From NCBI GenBank assembly GCA_045586845.1, contig JAZNBB010000058.1, forward strand, positions 6,532 to 70,531: 64,000 bases of DNA, in the 5' to 3' direction. The DNA is from Eubacteriales bacterium. GTDB taxonomy: Bacteria > Bacillota > Clostridia > Oscillospirales > CAG-272. This document shows, piece by piece, positions 35,058 through 43,156 of the stretch (within the stretch, counting starts at the first letter, position 1; every line of letters starts with the position of its first letter). Under the pieces are notes generated by a model. That model ran no database searches, was not told the DNA's origin, and worked only from the letters and a program-made list of their open reading frames with translations. A program made the position numbers and the translations under genes.

Positions 35058-36463
35058 TCACCAACCGCAAACCCGGGGTACTGTCCGTCCTGCAAGGAAT
35101 CCGAAGCGATCAGATCGGCGTACAGATCGGCAATGGCTGTCCAGGCAATCGCATCCACCACACCCGAAGCGGGTAAGCCGAATTGCGTGCGGAATGCGCG
35201 TACCGCTTGCTCGGTCTGATTGCCGAAATACCCCGTGGGTGTGACAGAGGGAATGGACGGATAGGTTTGCGAAATACGGTTCAGATACTCCTGCAAAACG
35301 CGCACAGAAGGCGAGTCCGCCCCCTGTCGCAGTACCACGCCCGGGAACGGTATCGCACCGCTGACCGTGTATTCCTCGGGAACGGTGCCCACAATGCCCA
35401 GATACGCGCGGTACATGGTCTCCCAGGTCTCGGGACCTACGATACCGTCGGGCACAAGACCAAAGGTGGTCTGCAGATCTGTTACGGCTGCTTGCGTGGC
35501 TGGACCGAACGAGCCGTCTATGGTTACGGGGGGAATGGTGTTGTAGTAGGCGGCAAGAAAGCTCAGGTAGTATTGCAGACTCAGCACACCCGTGCCGCTG
35601 TCGCCCTCGCGCAGCACCTCGGGAAATTGCTTGGTGATCTCTTCAAGTCGAATACCCTCGGAGTCAAGCTCGTTAAGACGCTTGACACCTGCGTAAATTG
35701 CCTGAATGGCAAACCAGGTGGCGCGTCCCACAATACCGTCTGGTGTGAGGTTGAAGATCTCCTGAAAAGCACGTACCGCCGCCTCTGTATCCTCCACAAA
35801 AATACCATCGGTCTGCACGATCTTGGGAATGGCAGGGTAGTTTTGCGCAATACGGTTCAGGCGGATCTGGACAGTGCGCACGTCGTCTCCCACATTGCCC
35901 ACGCGCAGGGGAAAATCGGGGGGCGAGATGTCCAAGCCCTCGACGGGTACGTCGGTGACAATATCAATGTCGTCGCCGTAATAAGTAGTCAGAATTTCGT
36001 AAGGAGAGAGGCCGCGGTTGGCAAGATCGACCGAGCCCCATTGCGAAAGTCCATTGCAGGTGACCTCAACGCCGTCGCAATAAGCGGCGAACAGAGGCTC
36101 TATACTGCCTTGCCTGCGAATGTAGCTGTCAAATATCTCTCCCGCGATCTGGCGGATGTTATCAAAAATGTCGCGGCCGTTGACAAAGGATTGGTCAATG
36201 GTCGTGGAGTTGGTAATGTCAAAATCATAGCCGCGTGAGCGGTAGTATTGGGTGTAAATACGGTTGAGCGCAAACGAGATCTGCGCGTATATATTGGCGC
36301 GTATGGCGTTTTCGGGCCATGTGGGGTAAATCTCGGAGGATGCTACGTTGGTCACGTAGTCAAGAAAGGGCAGTGTTACGTTTTGCGCAGGGGTGTTCGG
36401 TGCACCGAGATGTACCGTAATGGTTTCGGGTATGACGGGTGTGTCGGGCATAAGCACCTCCAT
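35051..36463 (-). CDS. peptidoglycan-binding protein with N-terminal SleC-like (putative cortex-lytic/PG hydrolase-like) domain
   Basis: Has four PG_binding_1-like repeats (...DGI.G..T..A...FQ..F.L..DG.VG..TW...). The N-terminal roughly 190 aa end in CDG..V.C.GLSQWGS. An alternative start is ATG 36451, which follows GGAGG. Confidence 0.55.
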   Translation of the reverse strand: MEVLMPDTPVIPETITVHLGAPNTPAQNVTLPFLDYVTNVASSEIYPTWPENAIRANIYAQISFALNRIYTQYYRSRGYDFDITNSTTIDQSFVNGRDIFDNIRQIAGEIFDSYIRRQGSIEPLFAAYCDGVEVTCNGLSQWGSVDLANRGLSPYEILTTYYGDDIDIVTDVPVEGLDISPPDFPLRVGNVGDDVRTVQIRLNRIAQNYPAIPKIVQTDGIFVEDTEAAVRAFQEIFNLTPDGIVGRATWFAIQAIYAGVKRLNELDSEGIRLEEITKQFPEVLREGDSGTGVLSLQYYLSFLAAYYNTIPPVTIDGSFGPATQAAVTDLQTTFGLVPDGIVGPETWETMYRAYLGIVGTVPEEYTVSGAIPFPGVVLRQGADSPSVRVLQEYLNRISQTYPSIPSVTPTGYFGNQTEQAVRAFRTQFGLPASGVVDAIAWTAIADLYADLIASDSLQDGQYPGFAVGEQ

Positions 36464-36903
36464 TATAGGTCGGGGTTGACCGATTCGAAAAATATCTGCG
36501 TGTCGCGCCCTGCGTTGTCCGTAAATTCGTTGTCGGGCAAGGCTTGCAGCACGGCGGGCTGTACGGCAACAATGCCGTCAAAGATGGGCACATTTGCGTA
36601 GTAGTTTTCATAGTAACGGTCGGTCTTGACATCTATGCTGTAAAGTGCATAAGGCAAAACAGCAGATCCGGGAGCTTGTGAGAGCGTACGAGACGGCGCA
36701 GGCAGGGGAAGAATTGGTGTTTTTCCGCTGCGATCGGTGACCATGGACGAGATCACGTTGCCCACGTCACCACCATTTTCGGGATCGTAATCGCGCACGG
36801 TCACAATGGCACCGGGCAGGGGAATGGCACCGCCCGCAGTGCTGACCTGCACGATCAGATACCCCTCGCCCGACGGAATGCGAGAGGGAGAGCTGTTGTC
36901 CAT
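36463..36903 (-). CDS. hypothetical protein (possibly carboxypeptidase-regulatory-like beta-sandwich)
   Basis: RBS aaggagg. The stop overlaps the start of the downstream PG-binding gene by 1 nt (TAATG). No catalytic motif. Confidence 0.5.
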   Translation of the reverse strand: MDNSSPSRIPSGEGYLIVQVSTAGGAIPLPGAIVTVRDYDPENGGDVGNVISSMVTDRSGKTPILPLPAPSRTLSQAPGSAVLPYALYSIDVKTDRYYENYYANVPIFDGIVAVQPAVLQALPDNEFTDNAGRDTQIFFESVNPDL

Positions 36904-37008
36904 ATAAGTACCTCCTTGTGATATTTTTTCTGTATTATGATATGTGTCAAAGAGGTGTTTTGATCATAGACACAACGCACTATTAGAAATCAATAGACAG
37001 CACAAACG

Positions 37009-37061
37009 AAAAAAACGGATGGGCATCGGCGACCTGCTTTAAAGCAGATGCGCCGATGCCC
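37009..37061 (-). terminator. strong stem-loop with T-run (minus strand)
   Basis: On the minus strand, GGGCATCGGCG-(loop)-CGCCGATGCCC is followed by ATCCGTTTTTTT. Confidence 0.6.
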
Positions 37062-37079
37062 GATGGTGGGACTTGCGTC
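37057..37079 (-). repeat. decayed copy of the tRNA-Leu 3' end
   Basis: On the plus strand, TGCCCGATGGTGGGACTTG compares with the tRNA gene's TGCCGGTGGTGGGACTTG. They share the exact 12-mer TGGTGGGACTTG. Confidence 0.6.
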
Positions 37080-37149
37080 TCGGCACTGCGACGCAAAAGC
37101 CACGGTAGAGTCCGTTTGCGCGCCCTGAAATAGTAGTAAAAATAAGTTC

Positions 37150-37180
37150 TTGCCGCAGGCGTGGGACTTACGAACCCCTA
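37150..37180 (-). repeat. second decayed copy of the tRNA-Leu 3' end
   Basis: On the plus strand, TGCCGCAGGCGTGGGACTTACGAACCCC compares with the tRNA gene's TGCCGGTGGTGGGACTTGAACCCAC. Confidence 0.5.
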
Positions 37181-37285
37181 TTTGCGCCCAAAGTTGCAAA
37201 GTGTGGGTAAGGCAACCTGCGCAAATATGCCGCAACGCGCCTATGGCGCGCAGCGACGGGGTTCGGCGTCGCAAAGCGCGGGCAC

Positions 37286-37324
37286 CAAAAAAGAGGGATC
37301 CAACCTGCGGTTGAGCCCCTCTTT
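37286..37324 (-). terminator. rho-independent terminator directly after tRNA-Leu
   Basis: On the minus strand, AAGAGGG-(CAACC-gca-GGTTG inner stem)-CCCTCTT is followed by TTTT. Confidence 0.65.
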
Positions 37325-37327
37325 TGT

Positions 37328-37413
37328 GGTGCCGGTGGTGGGACTTGAACCCACACGATGTTGCCATCGCCAGATTTTGAGTCTGGTACGTCTGCCGATT
37401 CCGTCACACCGGC
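37328..37413 (-). tRNA. tRNA-Leu (anticodon CAA), CCA encoded
   Basis: The reverse complement reads GCCGGTGTGACGGAATCGGCAGACGTACCAGACTCAAAATCTGGCGATGGCAACATCGTGTGGGTTCAAGTCCCACCACCGGCACCA. It has a 7-bp acceptor stem, the anticodon loop CTCAAAA, a long variable arm and a GTTCAAGTC T-loop. Confidence 0.9.
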
Positions 37414-37428
37414 ATCATCGACCTATAT

Positions 37429-37457
37429 ATTATAGCAAATCAAGGACATTCTGTCAA
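37429..37457 (-). promoter_or_regulatory. sigma-A type promoter (TTGACA-17-TATAAT) for tRNA-Leu
   Basis: The minus strand reads TTGACA-gaatgtccttgatttgc-TATAAT. The -10 box ends 15 nt upstream of the mature tRNA 5' end. Confidence 0.65.
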
Positions 37458-37491
37458 GGACTTTTTTAAAAAAATAACAAAAATTTTGGCG

Positions 37492-37520
37492 TTGCAAATC
37501 TCTCTTAATTATGCTATAAT
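37492..37520 (+). promoter_or_regulatory. sigma-A type promoter (TTGCAA-17-TATAAT)
   Basis: Near-consensus hexamers with a 17-nt spacer, upstream of the histidine phosphatase gene. Confidence 0.55.
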
Positions 37521-37546
37521 GAAGAAAATCCCCTAAGGAGGTAACC

Positions 37547-38263
37547 ATGTTATTTTTCTACGTCCGTCACGGAGATCCTGTTTATAATCCCGACTCTTTG
37601 ACCCCACTCGGTCATGAGCAGGCAAAGTCGCTTTCCAAGCGGTTTGTGACCTACGGACTTGACAAAGTGTTTTCCTCGCCCTCTGTACGCGCCATACAGA
37701 CCGCGCAGCCTACCTGCGATTTGTTGAAGCTTGAAAAAAACGTTTGCCCTTGGGCTGACGAGGGGCTTGCATGGCAGGATTTTTCAATAGATGCCTCAAC
37801 GGGCATCCATACCTGGTGCTTTTACGACCCGGAGATCCTCGCTCTTTTTCGCTCACCCGATGTGCGCGCGTTGGGGGACAGGTGGTACGAGCACCCCAAT
37901 CTGGTCCAATACAACTTTGGCAAGGGTGTGGCGCGCATCAATGCGGCTGTGGACGAGTTCTTTTTGAGTCTCGGATACCGACACGACCGCGAAAATTGTC
38001 GTTACGAGCCGGTCAACCATAACAAGGACCGTGTGGCGCTGTTTGCGCATCAGGGGTTTGGAATCGCGTTTTTTGCGTCCATGCTGGATATCCCGTATCC
38101 CGTGATCTCCACGCACTTTGATTTTGGTCACAGCTCTATGAGCGTGATCAATTTTGAACAAAACGGTCAATTTGTCTATCCAAAGGTGTTGCAGGTTTCC
38201 AACGATGCGCACCTGTATCGTGACGGCTTGATGTCGGGCTACCACAATCATTATAAATTCTAA
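37547..38263 (+). CDS. histidine phosphatase family protein (phosphoglycerate mutase-like)
   Basis: Has the N-terminal RHG motif (FYVRHGDP) and a later H in FAHQG. RBS taaggagg. Confidence 0.75.
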   Translation: MLFFYVRHGDPVYNPDSLTPLGHEQAKSLSKRFVTYGLDKVFSSPSVRAIQTAQPTCDLLKLEKNVCPWADEGLAWQDFSIDASTGIHTWCFYDPEILALFRSPDVRALGDRWYEHPNLVQYNFGKGVARINAAVDEFFLSLGYRHDRENCRYEPVNHNKDRVALFAHQGFGIAFFASMLDIPYPVISTHFDFGHSSMSVINFEQNGQFVYPKVLQVSNDAHLYRDGLMSGYHNHYKF

Positions 38264-38273
38264 GGAGCGTATT

Positions 38274-39053
38274 ATGGCTTTTATTCAACTGCAATTTCAT
38301 TCCGATGCCCTGATGGTGCAGGTGTCGGTCAACGTTATTCTGCCCGAGCGTGCTACTACCATGATCGGTATGGACGCCAGCGGCGAGGAGACCTTCAAAA
38401 CTCTGTATCTGTTCCACGGACTTTCCGATGACCATTCGATCTGGATGAGAAGAACATCCATTGAGCGTTATGCCTCCGAGTACAATATCGCGGTGGTCAT
38501 GCCCGCGGTGGGCAGAAGCTGGTATACCGATACGGTGGGCGGTGAGAAGTATCTGACCTTTGTCACCGAGGAACTGCCGAACAAGTGCTGCAGCTTTTTT
38601 AAGGGAATGTCCGATAAGCCCGAGAATACCATTGTTGCAGGGCTTTCCATGGGTGGCTACGGTGCGATCAAGTGTGCTCTGACGCGCCCCGACCGCTTTG
38701 GTATGTGTGCATCGCTTTCGGGGTCCTTGGATATTGCCGCGCTGGAGCGCGCGGGTCTGTTGCAGGAGTGGCGTTGCATCTTTGACCACAATATGCAAAG
38801 CCCTGCAGAGCTTGCGGGCACCGAGCACGACCTGTTCTGTCTGGCGGACCGGCTGAAGGAGCAGGGAAAGCGTTTCCCTAAGACCTTTATCTGGTGTGGC
38901 ACCGAGGATTGGCTGTTGGACTCCAACAACCGCTTCTCGGAGCACCTTGACGCGCTCGGCGTGGAGCATGAATACCAAACGAGCGAGGGAAATCACTCGT
39001 GGAAGTATTGGGATATGCATATCCAGAGTGCGCTTGCCTATTTGCTCGGATGA
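38274..39053 (+). CDS. esterase family protein (alpha/beta hydrolase, putative esterase/esterase D-like)
   Basis: Has the nucleophile elbow GLSMGGYGA and a YLFHGLSDDHS block. RBS taaggag. Confidence 0.75.
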   Translation: MAFIQLQFHSDALMVQVSVNVILPERATTMIGMDASGEETFKTLYLFHGLSDDHSIWMRRTSIERYASEYNIAVVMPAVGRSWYTDTVGGEKYLTFVTEELPNKCCSFFKGMSDKPENTIVAGLSMGGYGAIKCALTRPDRFGMCASLSGSLDIAALERAGLLQEWRCIFDHNMQSPAELAGTEHDLFCLADRLKEQGKRFPKTFIWCGTEDWLLDSNNRFSEHLDALGVEHEYQTSEGNHSWKYWDMHIQSALAYLLG

Positions 39054-39129
39054 TTTAATCTTGAACCAAGGCACCAAGGGCGGTGGCTTGCTGACGCCGC
39101 GCCAATCAGACCGCTTGCCGAAAATACAG

Positions 39130-39160
39130 AAAACCCGACAGATTGATTCTGTCGGGTTTT
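39130..39160. terminator. bidirectional rho-independent terminator
   Basis: AAAACCCGACAGA-ttgat-TCTGTCGGGTTTT, between convergent genes. Confidence 0.7.
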
Positions 39161-39170
39161 TATCTCATAA

Positions 39171-40856
39171 TTACTTGCCGTAAGTCACTGCGCTCTCGTC
39201 CACGCCTTCGATGCGCAGAAGCAAGCCGGCTTTGTCGTTGACAACCTTGCCGCCGCGTACACAATCGATGAATTTGACCCCCAGGATCTTGCCGCCTTTG
39301 GTCGAGCGGTTTTCCACTTTGAGCTCGGTGTCACAGTAAATGGTAATGTCCTTGAAGGTCACGTCCTTGATCTGTGCGGTCGAATCCTCGTCCATAGAAA
39401 CATTGATGGGGTACTTGGTCGAGCTATATACCTCAATGCCTTCAAAAGAGATATTAGAGAGCACTGCGTCGTCGTGCAGGAACACGATCAAAGCGCCAAG
39501 ATCGTCCATCCATTCGGGGGGAGCAAAGGCTACCGAGCCGCCGATAAAGTGTACGTCGGTAATATCGCGTGCGCTTTCGTAGATGATACCCATGCCGCGA
39601 GCCTTGTCGGGCCATGCATTGTTGTTCTCAAACACAATGTTTTCGATCTTGATCTGGCAGTTGCCGTACATCGACTTGACTTCAAACAGGTCGTCGCCCG
39701 AGCGTGCAAAGCAGTTCTTGATCACTGCGTTTGCGCTGTCCACAATGGCAATGCCGTCAGAATTCTGTCTGTAACCGAACAGCATGACCCGGTCCACCGT
39801 GATATTCTTACTTTGCGTGAAATACATCGTCCACTCAGCTGCATTGTTGAGCGTCACGCCTTCTACGGTGATATTCTCACATTGGTCAAACTGGATGTGC
39901 GAACGAGCGTGCCAATCCATGCGCGTCAGATCGATATAGCCGCGACCGCTGATGCGTACGTTTTGTACGTACTGACCCTGGAACAGGGCTCTCCAACGCG
40001 TCATACCTGCCCAGTCGGATTCCATCAGGGGCTTTTCAACCGAAGCATCGGGCATGGTGGCAATGATGTGAGCACCGGGCTCGAAATATACCTCGGTATT
40101 GGACTTGAAATTGAGAGCATAACGCATCTCGTGCACGCCCGCTTCAAAGTACATGACCTGCTTTTCGGCAGTAAATTCCAAGGGCTGATCATGCGCACCG
40201 GGCGCGACTTTAATGACCTCGTATCCTTCGGGTGCAATGTATTCCTGCTTTGCGCGCACGAATACGGTCAACGCATACTTAATATTGTCATCGGGTACTA
40301 AGGTGTAGTTGCCTACGGAATCGATCTCTGTGAAAATGCTTCTGCCGTTTGCCTTGGCACTTACGCCGTAAGAGAGCGGCATGACCTTGTACTCGTTAGC
40401 GTCGAGCTTTGCCTCGATCTGTACCGAAAGAGGGAAGCTCTCGTCGGTTACGTCAAGTTGCAGGAAGGAATGTGCACCACGCGAGGTACGTACGCTGTAG
40501 CAGGGAACCTCCTGTCCGTTGACCTTGACTGTATAATAGGGAGAAAGGATAACACCTACATCATGAGCCTCGTTGTTATGCGAGCCGTCAGCATAATCCA
40601 CTTCCTTAATAAAGGCAGAAAGTGTGTTGCATTTGGTGATCCCATCATAGGAAATAGGATAAATGGGTGCTGTGTTGATGATCATTTCTGTTTCTCCTTC
40701 TGTCGTTTGCTCATCAGTTTGCTCGGTCATGTCTGTAATCGGATCGGAAGTGCTTTCGGAGTCTGTCGTATCCGGTTGATTCTCCGGGGTACACGCACAG
40801 AGCAGCGTGGTAACGACAAGCAAAAGCAGTATCAGCTGGATCATGGCTTTGCGCAT
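39171..40856 (-). CDS. lipoprotein with right-handed beta-helix, glycoside hydrolase family 28-like
   Basis: I place the start at MRKAMIQLILLL (RBS aggagg), giving lipobox LLCAC. GH28-like blocks are QNSDGI and SGDDLFEVK. Confidence 0.6.
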   Translation of the reverse strand: MRKAMIQLILLLLVVTTLLCACTPENQPDTTDSESTSDPITDMTEQTDEQTTEGETEMIINTAPIYPISYDGITKCNTLSAFIKEVDYADGSHNNEAHDVGVILSPYYTVKVNGQEVPCYSVRTSRGAHSFLQLDVTDESFPLSVQIEAKLDANEYKVMPLSYGVSAKANGRSIFTEIDSVGNYTLVPDDNIKYALTVFVRAKQEYIAPEGYEVIKVAPGAHDQPLEFTAEKQVMYFEAGVHEMRYALNFKSNTEVYFEPGAHIIATMPDASVEKPLMESDWAGMTRWRALFQGQYVQNVRISGRGYIDLTRMDWHARSHIQFDQCENITVEGVTLNNAAEWTMYFTQSKNITVDRVMLFGYRQNSDGIAIVDSANAVIKNCFARSGDDLFEVKSMYGNCQIKIENIVFENNNAWPDKARGMGIIYESARDITDVHFIGGSVAFAPPEWMDDLGALIVFLHDDAVLSNISFEGIEVYSSTKYPINVSMDEDSTAQIKDVTFKDITIYCDTELKVENRSTKGGKILGVKFIDCVRGGKVVNDKAGLLLRIEGVDESAVTYGK

Positions 40857-40948
40857 GCTTGAAAATCCTCCTGTCAGTCTATGTAATACGTTTATTATAT
40901 CACATCCACTCTCGGAATGCAAGAGCAAAATGCCTTTTTATCAACCAA

Positions 40949-40989
40949 AACAAAAAGGCTTGGGGCACGGTGCCCAAAGCCTTTTTGTT
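40949..40989. terminator. bidirectional rho-independent terminator
   Basis: AACAAAAAGGCTTGGGGCAC-GGTGCCCAAAGCCTTTTTGTT. Confidence 0.7.
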
Positions 40990-41050
40990 ATTTAGGTTAA
41001 GAAAGGGCTCAATTCCTTTCCTCGGTGTACATGTAAAAAGTTATAAAGAA

Positions 41051-41278
41051 TTAGTCCTTCTTGTAGCCGATGTTCTTTTCCTTAGCAGGATCGAACATGA
41101 AGTTGCAGATGGAAGCAACCAGACCGTAAATGTTGAAAGTGATGATGCCGAGCAGGAAGTATGCCCAGGATCTGGAGGTGAAGCCCTCGGGCTTGAGAGA
41201 AGTGTGGTTGATGATTACGCTACCGATCCAACCAAGGAAGAAGGTCAGCAGGAAACGAATAAGCTTCTGAGTATCCAT
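41051..41278 (-). CDS. small membrane protein (75 aa, two TM helices)
   Basis: I place the start at MDTQKLIRF, which follows RBS taaggag. There are two hydrophobic helices and a terminator downstream. Confidence 0.45.
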   Translation of the reverse strand: MDTQKLIRFLLTFFLGWIGSVIINHTSLKPEGFTSRSWAYFLLGIITFNIYGLVASICNFMFDPAKEKNIGYKKD

Positions 41279-41538
41279 AGTAAATCTCCTTATAGAAAAT
41301 AAAAATGAATTTAACGAAATGCAGAGTATCCACACCGAAGAGACACCCAAAATTTTCGTTATGAACATTATATCACGTAAGTCCCTCGATTGTCAAGTGC
41401 TTTTCTGTTCTTTTTTTTATTAATTTCGAACAATTTTAATAAACCTATGAGGATGATTATAAATATTCTTCGTGAAAGCGGATATTTACGCTGATTTGTA
41501 CACAAAAAAGACATATGCAATGTACAAAAGATTTCCGC

Positions 41539-41567
41539 TTGACAGACTGTTTCGGATGTGTTACAAT
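41539..41567 (+). promoter_or_regulatory. sigma-A type promoter (TTGACA-17-TACAAT)
   Basis: Near-consensus hexamers upstream of the DUF4234-like gene. The leader contains the hairpin GTACGGC...GCCGTAC next to the RBS. Confidence 0.5.
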
Positions 41568-41621
41568 AACGTATGGGGTACGGCTGCGCGCATCACATAT
41601 TGCCGTACGGAAGGAGTACAT

Positions 41622-41987
41622 ATGTTTAAGCGAATTAACTGGTTAATTATGTGGTTGGTCGGTGTGGTCACGTTGGGGATCTATCAGATCATTGCGTGGT
41701 ATCGTATGACCAAGCAGCAGAACGTAATGGCAAAGCGTATCGGGGAAAAGAAAATTATGAACTTTATTGTTGTGCTTTTGCTTGGTATTGTGACCTGCGG
41801 CATTGTTCCGCTGATCTGGTCGATCGGTTTCTGCAAACAGCAAAAAGCTTTGGCAGCGGCAAAGGGCATAAATCTGTTTCCCGTCTCCAATACTTTCGTG
41901 CTTTGGTTGCTTTTGATTGTACCGATTTTCAAGCATTATGTCGTATGTACCAATCACAACAGACTTTGCGAGGTATATCAGGATTAA
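41622..41987 (+). CDS. small membrane protein, DUF4234-like
   Basis: I place the start at MFKRINWLIMW, which follows RBS aaggag. It has three hydrophobic helices and the GIY.I..WY pattern typical of DUF4234. Confidence 0.5.
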   Translation: MFKRINWLIMWLVGVVTLGIYQIIAWYRMTKQQNVMAKRIGEKKIMNFIVVLLLGIVTCGIVPLIWSIGFCKQQKALAAAKGINLFPVSNTFVLWLLLIVPIFKHYVVCTNHNRLCEVYQD

Positions 41988-42010
41988 TATCAAAACGGGG
42001 CTGAGTCAAA

Positions 42011-42703
42011 TCAGCCCTGTTTATTATCGTAAAACAGCAACGACCCCACGTCGCGCAATGCGTGCGAGGCGAGTGAGACCGGGAGTTTGCCGTGCCGTCT
42101 GCAAAAAGCCGCAATACGTGCGCCATCGGGGTGACGCGAAAGATCACCGCAAAAGAAGACGTGTGTGCCGTCCGTACCCGAAGCACCGCCGATAAATCCA
42201 TAAGGATAGCCGGGCAGACTGACACTGCCGGGATCGATCTGCAGAACCTCTATTCCCACACTGCGCAAAGCGGATGTGATTGAAGCATCCTCGCTCACCG
42301 CAGCATACTCGGATACCACGCAAAGGTTGCACTTTGCGTAGCCTTGGCGAACAGGCAAGACGATCAATCGTTGCGTGTTTGCATACCTTAAAATTTCGCT
42401 TGCCACAGCGTCGGGACGGCATATAAGATAATTACCGATGCATGCCGCATTCATCAGCACGTCATACGGATATCTGCGATCGGGGAATTGCTTGATGGGA
42501 ATGAGCGGCAGACCGTTTGCATTGGTTGTATGATCTCTGTGCACAAAAACCCCTTGTGCAAAAGGGAACAGCAGCATATCTGGGTGAGAGGCAACGGCGG
42601 GATCAAGCGCGGGATGCGGCGTACAGGGAATAGGCGTGTGCCCATAAAGGATAAGCGTTTTCAATGCCTGTTCCGAAATGCGTGGATCTGTAAAAACGTA
42701 CAT
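42011..42703 (-). CDS. hypothetical protein (230 aa)
   Basis: RBS aggag. It reads as a conserved soluble protein, but I can name no motif with confidence. Confidence 0.5.
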   Translation of the reverse strand: MYVFTDPRISEQALKTLILYGHTPIPCTPHPALDPAVASHPDMLLFPFAQGVFVHRDHTTNANGLPLIPIKQFPDRRYPYDVLMNAACIGNYLICRPDAVASEILRYANTQRLIVLPVRQGYAKCNLCVVSEYAAVSEDASITSALRSVGIEVLQIDPGSVSLPGYPYGFIGGASGTDGTHVFFCGDLSRHPDGARIAAFCRRHGKLPVSLASHALRDVGSLLFYDNKQG

Positions 42704-42772
42704 TGATCAATCTCCTAGCAAAAATCGAAGGGATGCCGCATGGGCATCCCTTCGATTTGATTGTTTGTGCAA

Positions 42773-42958
42773 TCAAGCGCGGGTAACCTTGTGAGAACGA
42801 AGGCAACGAGAGCATACGGCAACGGTCTTAGGGGTACCGTCAACGATTGCTTTTACCTTGCGAATGTTGGGCTTCCAGGTTCTGTTGGTCTTGCGGTTAG
42901 AATGGGAAACGGTAGCACCGTAAACAACGCCCTTTCCGCAGATACTGCATTTTGCCAT
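42773..42958 (-). CDS. rpmB: 50S ribosomal protein L28
   Basis: MAKCSICGKG....G..VSHSNRKTNR.W.PN is the L28 signature. The start was chosen at this M rather than the 12-codon-longer ORF. Confidence 0.9.
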   Translation of the reverse strand: MAKCSICGKGVVYGATVSHSNRKTNRTWKPNIRKVKAIVDGTPKTVAVCSRCLRSHKVTRA

Positions 42959-43156
42959 GTTTGACACCTCCTTCTGCACAATTTGGCAGTGCATCTATTC
43001 AAGAAAACTTAATACACAGTTTTGGCTGTATAATACAGCACAGCACGAGATATTATATCACAACAGATTGAAAAATGCAAGAGGTTTACGAAAAAAAACT
43101 AAAAAATTTTTATCCTTGTATATTTGTCCAAATCTGCGCGTCTGATGCGCTTTTTT

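Noticed and set aside
37062-37285. Possible tmRNA, SRP RNA, 6S RNA or RNase P RNA downstream of tRNA-Leu. The idea was prompted by T-arm-like GGTTCGTAAGTCCCAC and AAGTCCCACCA strings.
   Set aside because: There is no GGGG...acceptor pairing with a 3' CCA end, no tag-peptide reading frame with a resume codon, no SRP GGAA/AGCA motif and no RNase P conserved regions. The T-arm-like strings are better explained as decayed copies of the adjacent tRNA 3' end. The segment is kept only as an unclassified structured region in the findings.
36990-37469. ORFs 36990-37367 (minus), 37161-37469 (plus) and 37168-37407 (minus).
   Set aside because: They overlap the tRNA-Leu gene, its terminator and the hairpin-rich non-coding segment. 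The products are Arg/His-rich nonsense.
36904-37546. Integrated prophage or genomic island at the tRNA genes (also at 55993-56710).
   Set aside because: No integrase, excisionase, transposase or phage gene lies within or next to either locus in this window. Only the tRNA 3'-end echoes are present, so no mobile element is called.
35183-39077. Plus-strand ORF 35183-36238 (351 aa) and minus-strand ORF 38148-39077 (309 aa).
   Set aside because: They are antisense to the peptidoglycan-binding gene and the esterase gene respectively, both of which have clear motifs and RBSs.
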